From assembly GCA_965217865.1 (NCBI GenBank), contig CBDCJO010000002.1:3936001-4000000 (forward strand): DNA of 64,000 bases, read 5' to 3'. The stretch's first letter is position 1. Every line of letters begins with the position of its first letter. The notes under the pieces were generated by a model. That model was given only the letters and a program-made list of their open reading frames with translations. It did not search any database and was not told where the DNA came from. Of this stretch, positions 61,601 through 64,000 are shown one piece after another. The position numbers and the translations under genes are program-made. Source of the stretch: Candidatus Latescibacterota bacterium. Lineage in GTDB: Bacteria > Latescibacterota > UBA2968 > SICM01.

Positions 61601-64000
61601 GGTATCATCACGACCGTGGGGGGGACCGGAACACAGGGATTTTCAGGCGACGGGGGGGCGGCAACCGGGGCCAAGTTGAACCAACCTTATGGCGTTTTCG
61701 CAGACGGTTCTGGCAGTCTTTACATAGCGGACCAAGGCAACAACCGGGTGCGAAAGGTGGACCCCTCGGGAACGATTACCACGGTGGCGGGTAAGAGCGG
61801 GTCCGGTCCACTCGAGGAAAACATCCCCGCCATTGAAGCGAATCTTTTCGGTGTTTCGGCCGTGTTCGTGGATGGATCGGGCAACCTTTTTATCGCGCTA
61901 GGCTCTCGTGTCGTAAAGGTGGACCTGTCGGGCATCATCACGACCGTTGCCGGGGACAGGATTGCCGACCACGTGGGAGACGGTGGCCCTGCGACTGCTG
62001 CTGCTATGCAACCTGCAGACATCTTCGTGGACGATCTGGGGGACCTCTACATTGCGGACACGCGACACAACCGGATCCGGAAAGTCAGGATTATCCCTTC
62101 GCAGACCACGGATACCCCGGCCGGTACAGACGTTCCAATCGCATTCTCGGCCCAAACCTTGGGTGCCGCACCGGTCTCGATGACCTTCGGGCAGGTGACG
62201 CAGGCCGGTGAGACGACACTGGAGACAAGCGGCTCGGGGCCCGCAACGCCCGGAGGATTCCGGCTGATCGATCCCAGCGTGTTCTACCAGATCACGACGA
62301 CAGCCGCCTTCGAAGGATCGATCGAACTCTGCCTGGACTACACCGGGCTGAATGTCACAAACGAGTCCGAGCTGAAGCTGTTTCATTTGGAGAACAGCGT
62401 TTGGGCGGACGTCACCACCTCTCAGGACACACAGGAGGACGTCATCTGCGGCAGCGTGACGTCGCTGTCCCCGTTCGCCCTGTTCGAGACCCCGTTGCCC
62501 CCTCCCCAACCCGACTTCGCCGCGGACACGACCGCAGGGGTCGACTCCCTTACCGTGAAGTTTACGGACACCTCTGTTGGCAGTGTGACGGCCTGGGTAT
62601 GGTCGTTCGGTGACGGGGACAGCTCTTTCGTACAGAACCCGACGCATACCTACACGGTGGGAACCTTCACGGTGATTCTGACGGCCACGGGTCCGGGGGG
62701 ATCGAACACGATCGGGAAGGCGGACCTGATCTCGGTGCTGGAGGGGGTCAAGGCGGATTTCAGCCCGGACACCACCTCCGGACGTGTCCCGCTTGTCGTA
62801 ACGTTCAGCGACCCCTCCACAGGCACGGATCCTCTGAGCACGTGGTTGTGGACTTTTGGGGACGGGGACTCCTCCAGGGTTCAACATCCGACGCACACGT
62901 ATACGGAGGCCAATTCCTACGACGTAACGCTCACAGTCACAGCCGAAACCGGAACGGACACAAAGACGGTTCAGGACCTGATTGTCGTAACTCCGAACCT
63001 GTCGCCCACGGCCCCAGTCCCGCTCTCCCCTGCGGACGGCGCGATCCGGGTGCCCCTGAGTCCCACTCTTTCCTGGGGGAGTTCGATTGATCCCGAGGGG
63101 GACCCGGTCAGCTACGACGTGTTCCTGGGCACGGACCGGGTTGGGAGCACGTCGGACACGACGCAGATGGTGGGACCTCTGGACGAGGACACGGGCTACA
63201 CCTGGCACATCGTGTCGAAGGACGACCGCGGCGGCAGCGCGGAGGGTGCGACACGGGCGTTCACGACCGTGGGAGATACGCTTCCCCCTGTGGTCACGCG
63301 CGATCCTGTGGTGGAGGCGATCAGGCAGAGCGGTTTCAGGGTGGTCTGGCGGGTGGATGAGCGGAGCACGCCTTCTGTGTCGTATCGGGTGAGCGGAGAG
63401 ACCACCTTCACGACCTCTCCTGAGGGTTCATTGGGCAGGGACCAGCGAGTCGATGTGACGGATCTGTCGTCCGCGACCACGTACGAGTTCAGGGTGACCT
63501 CGCGGGATTCGTCGGGCAACGAGACGACGTTCCCGGATCCTCCCTATCCCACGGCCACGACGCTTGCCGAGGCGGACACCGAAGGTCCGCTCTTCACGGT
63601 TCTCCCGGCGGCCGAACACGTTTCCGACACAGTGATCGTGGTGGTGTGGAAGACGAACGAGAGCAGCACGACCGAGCTTCTGTACCGGGTCGAATCGGAT
63701 ACAGCGTTCGTTACCGGGCCTGCCGGTGCCGCGGGCACGAACCACCGCGGTGCGATCGGGGGGCTTACCCCCGGCACGAGTTATGTCCTCAGGGCCCGGT
63801 CCGTGGATGCCAGCGGGAACCCTTCGGTGGGGCCGGATCTGACGGTCACGACGGCGCCGCCTGTTGTGGAATCTATTCCGATTCGGGTTTCAAACGTGAG
63901 CGTGGTGGGTCGAACCGAGTCGCAGGCGATCATCGATTGGAGCACGAATCAGCCCGGCAGCAGTGTGGTGGAATACGGGTTGGGTTCGACGCTCAGGACC
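58646..64000 (+). CDS. Giant secreted NHL-repeat/Big_1/PKD/FN3 protein, 3'-partial (~1785 codons in window)
   Basis: GGAGG-ATG; signal peptide MKLFRKFSIPMATLVCCVLGFAAQA; GDGGPA..GNLYIAD..NRIRKVD repeats; Ig-like, PKD (WSFGDG, HTY) and FN3-like repeats. It is absent from the ORF track, consistent with no stop before the window end. Confidence 0.9.
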   Translation, partial: MKLFRKFSIPMATLVCCVLGFAAQAGAGSDIITTIVGGGEAGGPLGDGGPATSAVLNNPTSVILDSAGNFYIADERNYRIRKVDTSGIISTIAGTGESGNSGDGGPAIEAKMSPEDIALDSSGNLYILGSSAEYGVGIVRKVDPAGVITTVAGGGHLGILGDDSLATEVTFSFATGIHVDEAGNLYIADAGASRIRKVDPTGIITTVAGNGTGGYSGDGGAAIDASLGSPQDIFVDNNGDLYIAERFNGVIRKVDPSGIITTVAGNGNNEARLSAPNDIFVDGGGNLYIASSSEIRRVDPSGIITTIAGGGFGDLGDGGPATEATLNNPAGIFVDGSGNLYIADTGNNRIRKVAPASFQIALTATPDFILELESSTIRAEIQDRDGNLQSDDNSTVVTFRITSGEGTLSDEEVTASGGVATTTLTSETVGVVNIVAGAPDSEDGILSVEVKGPQVVISLTADPSIVTADGSDASTLRVEVRDLSGNLKTGDNSTVVTFRIMGGFVSEGGGSLSFESVTASGGVATTTFRGSMPGQVIVEAAASGAREVTVIVSVLRVPSQTGPFGPPPVLEIGPGEIGTIAGGWIGDGGPATEAGLSSPRDLFVDGAGNLYIADNGNNRIRKVHTSGIITTVAGTGDKGFKVDEGGPATDAQIALPLAVTVDALGNIYLAQFRTVWKVDTSGIITRVAGSGSILDTGGDGEPATDTKVEGITAIAVDGSGNLFIAQENNRIRKVDPSGIISTAASVDEPLSLAVDASGNLYILRRDRSRSVTLVAKMAPSGTITTIAGGGGGGGILIEGSPATEFQLLASSISVDAAGNLYILGNDRVLRVDLSGALTTVAANIGRGTGIALNSAGEVYFADDVDHRVRKIGTDGSIVTVAGSIGDGRPATQVSFISPQGITMDNAGNIYIADSGNGRVRRVDPTGTISTVAGGGTARGSGFPFIEFVGPATEAALNPSGLALDASGNLYVVEWQGHRIRKVDTSGIITTVGGTGTQGFSGDGGAATGAKLNQPYGVFADGSGSLYIADQGNNRVRKVDPSGTITTVAGKSGSGPLEENIPAIEANLFGVSAVFVDGSGNLFIALGSRVVKVDLSGIITTVAGDRIADHVGDGGPATAAAMQPADIFVDDLGDLYIADTRHNRIRKVRIIPSQTTDTPAGTDVPIAFSAQTLGAAPVSMTFGQVTQAGETTLETSGSGPATPGGFRLIDPSVFYQITTTAAFEGSIELCLDYTGLNVTNESELKLFHLENSVWADVTTSQDTQEDVICGSVTSLSPFALFETPLPPPQPDFAADTTAGVDSLTVKFTDTSVGSVTAWVWSFGDGDSSFVQNPTHTYTVGTFTVILTATGPGGSNTIGKADLISVLEGVKADFSPDTTSGRVPLVVTFSDPSTGTDPLSTWLWTFGDGDSSRVQHPTHTYTEANSYDVTLTVTAETGTDTKTVQDLIVVTPNLSPTAPVPLSPADGAIRVPLSPTLSWGSSIDPEGDPVSYDVFLGTDRVGSTSDTTQMVGPLDEDTGYTWHIVSKDDRGGSAEGATRAFTTVGDTLPPVVTRDPVVEAIRQSGFRVVWRVDERSTPSVSYRVSGETTFTTSPEGSLGRDQRVDVTDLSSATTYEFRVTSRDSSGNETTFPDPPYPTATTLAEADTEGPLFTVLPAAEHVSDTVIVVVWKTNESSTTELLYRVESDTAFVTGPAGAAGTNHRGAIGGLTPGTSYVLRARSVDASGNPSVGPDLTVTTAPPVVESIPIRVSNVSVVGRTESQAIIDWSTNQPGSSVVEYGLGSTLRT

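Noticed and set aside
59036-63777. Numerous minus-strand and alternate-frame ORFs (likewise 16273, 45896, 61898 etc.)
   Set aside because: Shadows of well-supported genes in GC-rich DNA.

Overview
GC-rich bacterial chromosome segment; I cannot assign the taxon from sequence alone. Contents in order: (1) a signal-transduction block (Npt1-HEAT, cNMP protein, two hybrid histidine kinases including a broken Amt-PAS-HK-REC ammonium sensor, a REC-GAF regulator, FapA) ending at tRNA-Pro(UGG). (2) An accessory region where three CTAG-targeting element types (a 340-bp MITE, a 200-bp MITE, two near-identical IS5/IS1182-family copies) split three genes. It also holds a UGA-recoded UxxC selenoprotein with a SECIS-like hairpin that the ORF track splits in two. 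(3) An IS1595 element with passenger genes. (4) Two tandem sigma54 transcription units that share a 30-bp palindromic upstream site and a conserved 3' hairpin motif. (5) A long sugar-acid/amino-sugar catabolic cluster. (6) A frameshifted beta-propeller sensor kinase, a four-helix-bundle gene bracketed by inverted heptamer arrays, IS3, and response regulators. (7) The first ~1785 codons of a giant secreted NHL/Ig/PKD/FN3 protein absent from the ORF track. The best novelty candidates are the heptamer-array/four-helix-bundle element with its gene-less derivatives, and the duplicated sigma54 unit architecture with its unrecognised RNA hairpin. All family calls come from motif recognition, not database searches.
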